From Bispira polyomma (lineage: Eukaryota), in the NCBI GenBank assembly GCA_965649765.1, contig OZ287752.1, positions 76,632,001 to 76,696,000 on the forward strand: DNA of 64,000 nucleotides, written 5' to 3'. Positions 36,701 to 49,300 of the stretch are shown one piece after another; within the stretch, counting starts at the first letter, position 1; each line of letters begins with the position of its first letter. Under the pieces are notes generated by a model that saw nothing but the letters and a program-made list of their open reading frames with translations, was not told the DNA's origin and did no database searches. The translations under genes were made by a program, and so were the position numbers.

Positions 36701-39700
36701 TTTTTTTCAGTTGCTAAGTTGGGGTTTAACATTAATTTTGACACGTTTTTCAGTCATATAATGATGTGCAGGATCTCATAGCAGGTTAGTTGGTCTAGGG
36801 TTTTTTTGTGCTCCAAACCACCAGCCTTCAGCAAGTCTACTTCCGCCCATACATGCCATACAGTCGAGATTCAAACCCATGACTACAGAGGTAGGAAGGC
36901 GAGAGTGTTACCTCTACACCACTGAGGCCCATATATGGTACAAAGTGAATGGCCCAGGGTCATCAAGCAATTCAGGAAGTTTCTCAATATCATCCAATTA
37001 GATTCCATGGAACAATATTTCCAGCTAATCAAAATGTTTTGAAGTTAAAAATAAGAATCGTTTTGGAATACCAGCCCTAAATCTTTAACATATCGCATTA
37101 ACCGTGGAATTAGCTAACCCTATGAAATAATGACACTAAACAAGACAAAAACGTGTACATGTGTAGACGTGATGAAAGGTTCTGCACTGAAGCCAGCGGC
37201 CCACAGTAAGGAACTACCACATTTCTCACATAGGCATTGACAGGATTCGAACTCACGCCGCCCAGAGGTGAGAGACCAGTGATTGTGAAGCACAATGCTT
37301 GCTAACCACTAGGCCACCACGGCCCCAGATATTTTAGTACAGCAACTGGAAGAGCAGGAATGAGTTCATCAACTTGAATATTTTACAATAGAAGTTTGCA
37401 TCAAATACATGTTTTTACACTATATGATATAGCACATAGTGTCTATAATCACTACACTTACAATTGCTTTCTGGGGCCACGGTGGCCTAGTGGTTACATC
37501 AAAGAATTTGCTTCACTATCACTGGCCTCTGACCAATGTGGGTTTCTATCCTGTTCCCTCCTTTATCTGGAAAAGTTTGACAGGTACTAGCCACTATAGG
37601 CCGGTGTTTTACAGTGTTTCAGCATTGGTTTCCTCCACCATTCAATCTGGCTGCTGTAATATGATCTAAGCCATTGCAAGAAATGTAAAAACTCAGCTAT
37701 ATCTAATTTTAATTTGTTTTTGTGTTGACTTTTCCATCAGATGCCATATCGGCTTTCTGTCAGACATCTCTACAGTCTAAATCTATCACTATTAACAACT
37801 GTGTGGATAATAAACCTGTACAAGTAGACGTTGGGAAGTGTGAACCTCTGCCATGCCGCAATACTAACTCTGACAATGATGACAGCTCTTGTGGCAACAA
37901 AGGCGGACTTTGCTGTGGACCAAAATCTACAGCTACAGATACAGTAGAATGTGGTGTAAGTTACTCCTTATACAGACATATTACATACATCCATGACTGA
38001 ATCTATAGAATTGCAAAACTTGAAAGCTACTCAGTAGTGCAAATTTTATTGCTATTGGAATTTTGATTAATAAATATAGTTACCTCAGCCGCAAAAAGTG
38101 ATATAGTATCCTCAACGAGGCCTATGAAATGGTACACCTGTTTTACACACACACTAGGTCATCGAGAATGTGTACACTGTGAGATTGACATCCCTTCTCA
38201 GATTGTTAAGGTCACCATATAGCTTTTTCAGCATGTGTGCTGAGCCCATAGAGATATGCTAGCAAATTTACCGGAATTCCAAGTACTACATTTTATGACA
38301 GATGATCATTACTGAAAATCATCACATGACTAGGCTCTGTGGCTTTAACAACTGTTATGTAAAGGTGTCTACACGCTAATTTCATTTTCCTGTACCTGCT
38401 GTCATTTTGGGTATAACTATAGTCCTTGTATTGTAGATGTCCATAAATGACTTTCGTCCTGATACGTTGGTCAAAGTCAGATATATTAAATTGTGCTAGA
38501 TAGAGTCAATTCCACTTCATTTTCTCACACAGAGGGTGTTTGAATTGCTGCATTTGTTGTCCAAAAATGTCCGTCCGACAGAGCGATTTTAATTTAATTT
38601 TATTCTCAACCCGATTTTAACCAACCTAGATCCCACTTCACCCCAGATATGTTCTGAAATTTTATGAACAATTCTTACCTGGCCTATGCCACATCCCTCC
38701 ACCAAATTTGACTGAAATTGTTTCAGTCAGGTATGTGTAATCTTGATGACAAAGAAACCGTTGGACACAGGTAAAATTCTAACATCCTCAGCAAAACATA
38801 TGACTTGAATTGTCATATACTAGGTCATTTTGGTGAACCGTTACTACTTCCCAATAAACCTGCAAAGCTAAGAGTACTTTTATGTTGTCAAATCATATAG
38901 TACAGAATCCAAACTTTTGTTTTACAAAAGGGTTTGTAAATTATTGCCAGTGTTATTTAAACATATATTTCAGACTGTCCACGTACTTGTGTTAGTTATA
39001 ACAAAATGTGGGTGCATCCCATGCCCCACAGAAGGCACGAATATCCAAGGCAAAATTCTGGACTACTCTACAAGAATGCCCATAGCAAGTGCCATTATTA
39101 CAGCCATTGGCTTCGAGGCAGGAAGAACCTCATCTGATTTTGAGGGCAGCTTCTTTATGGTGCTATCTGACACACAAGACAGTCGGCATGTACAGCTTAC
39201 TGCCACTCATATCCATTACACAGATTTACCCAGATCAATTTCCATTTCACAACCAGGACAAGCACACATCGAGATCTTCCAAATGATCGAAAAAGAAAAA
39301 CCTATACAAATTGAGTCCTCTGAGGATTCTACCCTGCCACTCCTTGGAAGTTCTCCATCAGCAAGAAGGAAAAGAGCTGCAACAGGAAAAACCAATCAAG
39401 AGCAATACAGTTTCAATTCTAATATTTCTATTCCAGGGGACAGTTTTCTGACACTAAATGGTTCCGAATATGATGGTAGTGTGAATGCATCAATTACAAG
39501 TATCGATACGTCCGACTTTAACGCCATGATAAACGCTCCAGCTGGGATGAATTACATCAATAATAACGGTGATTTCCAGCCTTTAAGAGGTTATGCCTTG
39601 TTTACATTAAACTTTATTGATGCCTCAGTGGGAGAGAGGCTGCAACTTCGACATAATATCAGTATTACAATGGAGCTACCTTATAGACTAAATGGTGAAG

Positions 39701-41004
39701 CAGCAATGTTTATGTACAATGATCAGTCAGCAACATGGGACAAAAACATTCAACTGAACGTGTCTGAAACCGACACTTCTACTACAACAGCAATATCAGG
39801 ATCGTTTTTTGTCCAGCAGGATATTTCGTGGTTAATGATTGCTGCGGAGGTCGTATTGGACGACATTTGCTTCTCTAAGATCAAAGTGTATGAAAATAAT
39901 AACTATGATAACCTAGTGACTTACATACCCAATATTAAAATCATTGTCAATGACCAACCCAGTGGCAGTGTTCCAAATTATGGTGAGATTTCGAGTTTTA
40001 GGGCCATCTCAGATTCAGGAAATGTTGAGGGATATTGCATTGCACACTCTTGTCAAAGAACCTCATCAGTACGCCATTACACAGGTTTACTTACAGCTGA
40101 AGGTGGAGTGAACCCTGATGTGCCTTATCTAACACCAGCTCAACATCATGAGGGAATCACAGATCAAACTGCAGAGCTTATCAACTATGATATTGATGAC
40201 ATTACTGGTATACCACTAATCAGAGCCAAATTAAAGTACAACATCATTCCAAAAGGTAACTATGGACCATATTACGACCAACATATTTACAACTGGCAAC
40301 GATCAGATACCTGTTCGAAAATCCCTGAAGATCACTTCCGGTTTTACCTTAATAATGCTACCAGTGAAGATGAATCCTGCATCAAAGAAACTGAATTTAG
40401 CGTACAGGAGGATGTACTGTCAGCTACAGACCCGGAACATTTGAATAATCTGGCTTGGTTCAGCAGATCCCAACGATCCCTGTATGACACCTGTTATGTG
40501 AAGGTATTGGTATCAAGTCCAGAACCGGTTTCCATAAGAGTTCTCAGTAAAGTGGGTAATATCTCTCATGGTGAGGACATCATAGCAGGGGAAACCCTGT
40601 ATGGGTTTAGAGATAAATGCCAGCTCGGTGCCATGTGCCTAGAAATAAAACATCCTGGAAAGGTGGCAGACGGTCAGATGGACTATACCCGCATTGAAGT
40701 ATCGCACCTAAGAAGTCCAGGTAGTGATATAGCTTGCAGCCTAGCTGATATCAAGTGGGAAATGACTGCTGCATATGGAGAATATATACCTACTTTACCT
40801 GCTGACCCAGAGTTCCATATGTATTTGAAGGATTCTCTATTTGGTCCGACATTTGGTGTCTACTGTGTCAAAAGTGAGCAAAATAAGCAAACTGCGAGGA
40901 ATAAAGCCAAGGCTATGTGTTACAGGGGGGATTATGATGATTCTCTGACTCTACTGGAGATGGAAAATAGCATCAACTGGGCTGTGAAATTTGACTGTCA
41001 ATGA
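30737..41004 (+). CDS. Type II transmembrane CILP-like protein (paralog B), 9 exons, ~1430 aa
   Basis: Exons 30737-31673, 31830-32021 (TM AVGVVIIVVLLGAIIGGILISG), 33031-33207 (TSP1), 33727-33885 (TSP1), 34822-35130 (Cys-rich + carboxypeptidase-regulatory-like), 35585-35693 and 36531-36694 (Ig: HPQ..VRLCC.AEGSP..W...DAGGYTCKAHN), 37741-37955 (Cys-rich, CCGP), 38974-41004. All introns are GT-AG with matching phases; total 4293 nt. Furin site RRKR at 39364-39375. Domain order matches the CILP family. Confidence 0.9.
32052..32237. repeat. Tandem duplication, ~93-bp unit x2, intron 2
   Basis: atttcactaacctggatttagttccatggtcagag...ccagaatctatct repeated directly. Confidence 0.9.
32429..32623. repeat. 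Tandem duplication, ~97-bp unit x2, intron 2
   Basis: gattcaagaactgtgtcattg...aagaactcattattttagta repeated directly. Confidence 0.9.
35151..35309. mobile_element. MITE family A copy
   Basis: CAGTAGGACCT...AGGTTCTACTG|TA. Confidence 0.75.
35950..36320 (+). mobile_element. CR1/L2 LINE 3' end fragment
   Basis: AGSRTFSVATALLWNRLPAELRSLKTLSGLRKSLK is typical of the L2/CR1 ORF2 C-terminus. Confidence 0.75.
36715..36930 (-). mobile_element. tRNA-derived SINE, degraded
   Basis: Minus strand begins GGGCCTCAGTGGTGTAGAGG, has a B-box-like GGGTTTGAATCTC and ends ..tgttaaacccc. Confidence 0.55.
37175..37326 (-). mobile_element. tRNA-derived SINE (same family as 10582-10833), 5' part
   Basis: Near-identical to 10690-10833; A box GGTGGCCTAGTGG, B box GAGTTCGAATCC. 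Confidence 0.85.
37473..37700 (+). mobile_element. tRNA-derived SINE, related family
   Basis: GGGGCCACGGTGGCCTAGTGGTTA head; internal tttcctccacca; similar to decayed copies at ~41423 and ~13895. Confidence 0.65.
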
Positions 41005-41110
41005 CACCATACACAATGAACAGTGCCCTAATCTCATTTTCAGATAAGAGGGGGTGTACAAAACTTATGTAAGGTTTTATCAGATTCTATGATTAGAAAA
41101 TATTACTTAT

Positions 41111-41116
41111 AATAAA
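41111..41116 (+). terminator. Putative polyadenylation signal of paralog B
   Basis: AATAAA ~107 nt after the stop codon, conserved in paralog A. Confidence 0.6.
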
Positions 41117-41814
41117 AACATAATTTGCGTTCCAGCTGATTACCTATTATAAAATTTGTAAATGTACAATCACACACAAAAACTTTGTCAGTTAAGTCTG
41201 ATATAATATTATATGTAAGCAAGAAATATTAGCTTAATCTAAAAAATTTCAAGTTACATTAATGTAAATGTAGGGAGTAAGTGAAGGTCACTGAAGGTCA
41301 ATTGTAAACACTTGGTCAAAGCCTGAGAAGCCTCTATCAATTTAAACATTCCCAGAGTCTGCAAAAATCAGAAAACCATGGATTTGAGGCCTAATGATGT
41401 AGGAATCTCCTATGAGATGGATGGGCCATTGTGGCCTCATGGTTATAAGTATCTGGTTTATTATCAATAGTGTCTCACTTCTGAAGACAAGTTTAACTCT
41501 GACTAATTCCTACATCTGGAAAAGTTTACCAGATAAATACTGAAGGTCAGTGGTGCCCATTACAAATAGTACTCGCTTCCTCCACCAAAGAAATATGTCT
41601 TTCGAGGTATGACAAAAGATGTTGAAAGTAAAACAAATATAAATTCAAATTCCTCAGTGGGATTCTAACACACACTCTTGCATTAAATATTGTTCGGTAC
41701 TAACCTCTAAATGACAATGGTCTGGGAAATTTAAATCAATTGGCCTACAAGCATGGCCATTTCATTGAAATGGTTTGTTGTCTATAAAAACTAAATACAC
41801 ATTTCTTTATCCAA

Positions 41815-43140
41815 AGATGAACCCACAGCATTGACGCTGCTTAATCTGTCAGCTGTTTTGACACCATTGATCACAGAACACTTCTTGAATGTTTGTCATC
41901 ATGGTTTGGTTTCCAAAGCACTGTCTTAATATGGTTTACTTCATATCTCTCAGATCGATTCCAAGCAGTTAACATAGGCTTGGCTCTGTCAGACTTAAGT
42001 TAGAGCTTGGTGTACCTCAAGGCTCAGTTTTGGTCCAATTTTATTTTCTTAATACACAACACCCCTCAGTCATGTTATTGACCAGTACAAATCAATCAAG
42101 TATCATTTCTATGCTGTTGATGCACAACTGTATGTTTATTTATCAAATAGAAATGCAACTTCTGCATTTAGCAAGCTCAAAAACTGCCTTGATGATGCTT
42201 ACAAGTGGATGTTTGACAATAAGTTAAAACTCAACCTGGATGAAACAGAATTCATTCAAAGTCACAATGAGAGAGTTTGGTTGATGATTTCGCAGTCAAT
42301 ATTTTTGGAAACTTGTTGCACCCTGCTGATACTACCATAAACCTGGGTGTTACGTTTGACTCTGATTTTTCATTTGGTAAATAAGTTCAGTCAGTTTCCA
42401 GGGCTTGTTTTATCTAGTTGAAAGATTTAAGACGAGTGAGACGGTACCTGTCTATCGTATCGGCACTGCAACTCGCACTGCAACCATGGTGCCAAAAGTA
42501 CTGTTCTGCAGTCACCTTGATTACTGTAACTATCTTTTTAGAGCTCAGGCCGCGAGTGACAAGCACACATTGCAGTGTGTCCAAAACAATTTGACTCACA
42601 TAGTAATGAGAAAGTCCAAAGTTACTCGCATTACTGCTGTTTTAAAAACCCTCCACTGGTTGTCTATTACATATATAAGGCAATATTTAAAACTGCTACC
42701 TTAGTCTATAAATACCCCAATTGAGGTCTCCCTTTGTATTTCAGTTCTTACTAGTCTCCCTATACATGTCAACTGAATGCAAGGCGTAGTAGGCCTGATA
42801 TGACTTTCTTAAGTGTCCCTACTTTTGTACCATGTACATCAGTTCATAAGTCAAACACGTATTTTAACAATAGTTTCTAATATGATACTACTAAGCTGTG
42901 GAAGGATCTGCCTGCGGAATGATATTTGCACTGCCCCTTCACTAACTTGCTTAAGAAAGAAGCTCAAAACCTACCTATTTACCAAAGGTTTTCAACCTCA
43001 GCCTCCTTACCATTTCCGGCATTTCTACGGTCATGACCCCTGTACATTCAATGGCTATATGAATTATGACAAAGATTTTCCTGTCTCATGCATCTCAGAA
43101 TCCGCTAGTACAGAGATTAAGTGCTGTAAAAGTTAGATTA
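41815..43140 (+). mobile_element. CR1/L2-type LINE, 5'-truncated, degraded RT
   Basis: LLNLSAVFDTIDH, WFTSYLSDRFQ, GVPQGSVL, HFYAVDAQLY, LDYCNYL, LQCVQN, LKTLHWL, LRKKLKTYLF. Confidence 0.9.
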
Positions 43141-43399
43141 ACACTTTGCATCACATAGAGGGACTTGAACTAAACTGAGATTCAGGTGTCATAGCTTCAC
43201 ATATTTTTGTATTCAGGAAATGGTTCCTATTGGGCAGTTTATGCTACAGTTTTATTGAAGAGAAGAAAAAACACTTTGACACAATAATAGTTAATCAGCA
43301 TTACATTTTTTTTAAATTTTACATTATACATAAACCACATAGTATATGTTGACTAGCAGTCTCCCAAGAACATTGTTAAGAACACTATTCAATGAAGAA

Positions 43400-46300
43400 T
43401 TACAAAATCCAATCTTTGTCAAACACCAATGGGAAAAACTGTCCTTCCATTTTCTGACCCTGCAATAATAAAACAAAAACAATGAACTCACAAACAAAAG
43501 TCACAATAGGCTGCATTTAATGCAATTTTAGTTAATTGATGTTACTACTCTTGAAAAAATGTACAAATATGTAAATTTGAGTAACTGTTGTCTTTATGTT
43601 AAAGTTCCTTTCTACTTTCTTGGTAATGTTTGGAATATTTTTTAACAAAATTAAATTCAATAACTTGTACAGTTATAAATGCCAGAGGTCAATTTATTAC
43701 GTAAAAAAATCCTTCTGTTTTGTCTGTTGAATCAATTCCCTTTTAATGTAAAAAAAAATCTGTGACAAAGTCTGTTTACCTTTAAAATGTCGAATTGAAA
43801 TTCTGCTAAAGAAAAAGGTAGTAGTATTTATCCTAATCCCTCACGGGTTCACTTAAAAGAATTCAAAACTATATTGTATATCACAATCCCCAAACTATCC
43901 AAACGTTGTAAGACATCAAAATATACTGTACTTTCCCCCCACCCGCCTTTTAAGAGATTCTTAGGTCACTAATTACAAATGTTTTACTAAAACATAGTTG
44001 GAAGTCTGTAAATCTTGTCTTCAGCAATATTTGCAATGTTAAAATAGTGACATGTATTTGATAATTTAATAATAATAATCCAGATGAGTCTGTAACATTC
44101 AATAAGCTATGCTATTTTATTCATATTATTATGATTTTTTAACACTATTTAACACTCCCACATATAAACATTGTTTTCTTTAATAATAGCCCCCGTTTAC
44201 GGAAAACTGTAAAGCCCTCTGGAGAATGCATTATAGAAGTTACAGTATTTGTGTAATTAACAGTTCTACAGAACTGAATTTCTGGTGTAAAGAAGCCTAA
44301 AATACTCAACAAATCCAACCCTTTTAATGTAACTGTTCTGGAACATTTTATCATCCTCCCCTCCTCCCGCTGTGGGTTTGACTAACATGTAGCCATCTGA
44401 ATCTGAGTAGACACCATCGGCAAAGTAGTTCAGTACAGCTGACCGTCTGGGTTTGTCTGATCTAGAAGCCAAAATACACAGGATTTAAGGATAGCACAAC
44501 GTTCCATAGGTTAAAACATTACAGCAAGCAACTCTTATTATGTGAAAGATTATCATTAAAAATGATACATATGTATACTTGTGGAATGGGTACCTGTTAT
44601 GATGAATAGGAGCATGGAAATGTAAATGAAGTCTTTTACAGCCTTACCGAACCTGAACTTACCCAATGCCGTGATAACACTAGGCTTCTATTTCAATAAA
44701 AAATTAACGAATGGAAGGTGAAACCTAATGACAATGAATCTGAAAAAATTTTGCTTATTGAACGTATATAAACATATGCTTGCGTAAGTAAAACATAAGA
44801 AAAACGAATAAAAACTCTATAATTTCGAGCAACATAAAAATATGCTACATTTGAAGCCGTTTTTGACAATATCCACTATCACGGTTGCTGTGTTTGTGGG
44901 AAACGTAAGGACATGTATGACACGTCTTCAATGCGTATGTAAACATACAAGACGGCACTAAGACGTACTGTACATCGTATGGAACGTATCAAAAAACGTG
45001 GCTAACATCACAAACATAGTTGAAGTGGCTACCAAAACATGCTGAATGTGTGTACAAAATGTGTATAAAACATCTCGTACATTATTTTTTTTTTGTTTAT
45101 GTTTCCCCAATGTAATATGTGTGTATATCAGTACATTAAACACTCTGGAGTTCCCCTTTAGCTCAACTGTCAGTGTACTGGCCTATTCATCTCAAGATGC
45201 ATGACAACCCACGATCGAATCCCAGCAGTAGCAAGCCTCTTAAAAACTTTACAGCAGAGCTTAGTTTTTTTTTGTTGTTTACACCGATGTCACTTCGTTT
45301 TTTTATCGTTTGCTTATGTTTCTTAAAAGAAAAACTGAAACAAACATAAACCCTAACGTAGCCAGTGAAACCAAGCCATAAGCTCTTCCTCTACCTCACC
45401 CCAAGCTCAGTATATGTGTTTCAGGTTGCGACACTAGTGATAGGACTCATTGTCAGATGTTAACACCGCCTTCAACAACAACAATGTTTTACATTATTGA
45501 CTAACCAGAAAGTCGGGATCCATGTTGAAAATGCATAATAATAGTATTGTTATGGGTAATTTATTGGTGGAGGAAAGCAATCCAGGATATCATTTGACCG
45601 ACTGGGGCAGGGGGACGGCATTTCTTACTCCCAGAACCTCCTGTATGTCAGCAAGCAGTTGGCAGCCCAAAAATATTATATTATTTTTCTTCAGTTCCTC
45701 ACAATAGGAAATTGTTAGGACAGCAGACTCTTTTGCTTAAATACGTATACGCGAGGCCATTATTGAATGCTGGAAGTAGTCTTTGGTGTGTGTTTTAGTG
45801 AATCCAACAATCTGTAACTTTTTACCGAAAATTTTGGGTCGTGCCCAACCAACCCGTCCCAACCAACCCACCACTACAAACTCATCCTCCATATATATTA
45901 CAATGTTGACACCAATTGATTAACCGGCTATCTTTAAGAATACTTCACACAAAATGTTTATTTTGGATATCGCCACAAAGCTCATATTATGTACTTATTG
46001 ATAGCTTCCACGAATTTTAATTAAGATGATTATAAAAACATTAAATGCTCATATTTCAGGTTAGTATAGGTGATGCAGATGTTGCAACCCAAAACGTAGA
46101 CTATTCATAAATAACTCTGAAATTACTAAAGCTAAAAATTAACCAAAAACATTGCAAGAAAGCTTATTCCCTTGTGATTATTGTTCCTTTTGTTGGATCA
46201 TAATCCGTTAAGAAATGGCTGGGTTAATTAAGCTTAAATACAGGTACCCATCAGAACCTCGATTGCAATTAAATAGGAACGACTTGGTTGGAGCCGACTT

Positions 46301-49300
46301 TGTATTGCTGGGGACGAGTTGGTTGGGGACGACCTTGTTTTGGGGACGACCTGGCCATATACCCTTCAGTAGAACCTCTAGTGTCTCAAAAAGTTGTGAG
46401 AGAAAGACTTTGTTTGGACAATACAAGGTTGATAAACTAGAAATGGAATTTTAGTATTACACAACAAGCAAAATGTAAACTCTGTGTAGGTAAATTGAGA
46501 TCACAACTTCGAAATATTCAGACAATAGAAGAAGTTCTGATAATGGAAGACTCTAGTGATACTGTATAAAAGATGTGTATCTATATGGATTTGCCAATCT
46601 AAGTCACAAAATTTAGTCAGTATATATTGTATCAAAACGGGACAAAAATACAGAAAATGTTGTCACCTGTTGCCATAGGAACCATGAACCGTTAATGAAC
46701 AATGGAAGCTGGCTTCACCCTTCTTGAGCAGAGAGGGTACAGGTTTAAACTGAGACCGCTCCTCATCTGTCAAAATGGTCTACAAAATACAAACATCATA
46801 TATTTAGTTATTTGGTATAAATCAATGGTATTTGTATTCACTGTTTCTTTGAGATGACACGACCAGTTCTCACTGTTCTACTTACCTTTATACCTTCCAT
46901 GTCCTTAAAGCTAAAGTCCAGAACAGGTAATGGATTGCCATCCCGCAACCATCTGAAATAAGGATGATATTCAACTGGTAATACCTCTATAACGAACAAA
47001 TGACAGATATATCAACACGACACGGTACATTAGTGAGTAAAAATCTACCAGAAACTTTAACAAATTACAGCCATGTATCAACACCATGCACTACAATCAG
47101 TGTTTAGTATTACCTAGCCTTTTGTCATATGCTATGATGTTGTATTGTTTTTCAGATTTTTTAATATGTCTTATTGATGCTAGGCATTTTCTCAAAGTGC
47201 CACATCAGAATCAAAAAACCATCCATTCTGATCCTACTACGTAGCCCAATTATTTCGTCATCAGTAGTCAATGGTGTGTTCACATCTTGTACAAGGGTGT
47301 TTTTTGCCAATGACCATTATGGTATTATTACTATGAGTCAAACCAGCGACCCAACTACAAGACCCACTTCCAAGTTGGGAGGCAAATCGTAGACCTTCTA
47401 ATCACTAGACCAACTCCTCAGTTGGGAGGCAAAGCATAGATCTTCTTATCTCCAGATCAACTCCCCACCTGGGACTAGAGCCGTAGAACTTTTGCGGCCA
47501 TATTCTTGAAAAAAAATATTTTGCTCATTTAAGATTACATTAAATCTCAACTCAGTTTGTATTCTCCCAATATTTTGAATTGAGATTTTACCTCAACTCA
47601 AGCTCAAAGTTGAACAAGGTTGTACCTTGAATCAACTGTAACAAGAATTTCACTCGAATGAAAATAAGCAAAGTCATGATGTGACCACAGGTCCAATATA
47701 CCAGTAAGTTTGATTGGCCTGTTGCCATTGTTGGACCTGTGTCAACATGATGTCTAGACTTGTGTCTGAGATGAGAAAAAAACTCAGCTGAACTTGAGTA
47801 AAACCGTGTTCGAGACTACCAAATTAAGAAAAAAACTCAACTGAGCCAAAATCTCAGATTTGAGCTTGAGTCCAAGCTTGAGTTTGAGTTTTTTGCGAGA
47901 ATATGGTCATTCATCACTAAACCAACTCAGAACCTTCACACTATACATTGGAACGCTGGAGGAAACAGTGCATACAGTTGTTCAAGGTTCTGCACTGAAA
48001 CTAGTGCTCTTTAGTATGGAACTACCACCTTTCCCACATAGGCATCAACAGAAGGCAAACTCACAACAAGTAAATCCCAGAGGGGGAAAGCTAGCTGGTG
48101 CTTTACCAATTGAGTTACCGAGGCCCCTCTTTACACTATACAGTCCTGTACTTTGCCATTGACATCATAATGTTAGTAAGTGAGCTATTTTTGTCAATCA
48201 GTAACAAACAAATGTTATTTTATATATATACATGGTGTTATTCTGAAGTTTGAACAAAATTAGTGTAAGAATGAGACTGGACAAGGTAAACATTAGAATT
48301 ATATTGACCATGGTTTGAACCTGTAACTGACCTGTGAGACCCTGGAATGTAGAGTAGTGTGCCATTCTCTTCAGTCTGGTCATCTAAGGCAATGTGACAC
48401 TGAGTAAATAGTGGACAAAATATTAGAGCTCATATAGGGGACGGAGGATTATAGGGAAAGTAAAGGTTATTGTGTGAAACAGAAAATGGGGGAAAAGTAA
48501 TTGTTAAAATGAATATGTAAGAGTGAGTAAAATAGTGGAGAAAGTGTTAGAGTTAATCTATGGGACTGACAAATATGTGAAAAGTAAAGGTTATTTGTGA
48601 AACTGAGAAAATAGCGGAAAAGCAATGATCCATTTTTGGCACAGACAAACTAGAGGAAATGTAATATAAACTTAAACAGGATAGTAAAGAAATAGTGGAA
48701 AGTGCGATGAATAACAGATTGAGAAAAAAAAATAATACATATATATTACCATATATTATTATTAAATATTAATATACGGTAATACATTGAGAAAGATAGA
48801 AGAAATTAATGCTTGAAATACTGTACTAAAAAAATAGGAAAAAATAAGAATTATAACATGACACGTAGATTTAAAAGAGAAGTCAAACAATTAAAATATA
48901 TGCGTTGCAAGAATTAAATTGTCAGGCTGTCAAGTGCAAGTCTAACATTTAAACCATGGCACTAAGAAAATAGGCAAAAGTATAACAGTTGAAATGTGAC
49001 AGTGAGATAACAGAATAAAAGTAAAATGGTTGAAATGTAGGACTGACACAATATAAAGTAATAAAAGTCACAACTAAACAACTCAAGGAGTTTATTACAA
49101 ACAGAAAAGATATTGATCTGTCTGGTGTAATATGGTTTCCTGCAAAAACACAAACTTTGAAGTACATTTAGAGTAAGGGATCTAAAATTTGCGACTGTAT
49201 CTGAAATTTGCCACTGTATCTGAAATTTGCCGCTGTATCTGAAATTCGCCACCCAGAAAATGTTGTGTTTTTGGTAGAATTGTGGGTAATATTTGCTGAA

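Noticed and set aside
38917-38973. ORF-track N-terminus MFYKRVCKLL.. as a signal peptide of a single-exon gene
   Set aside because: It is intron sequence with a TTG start; a clean phase-0 acceptor at 38973 joins exon 8 and is conserved in paralog A.
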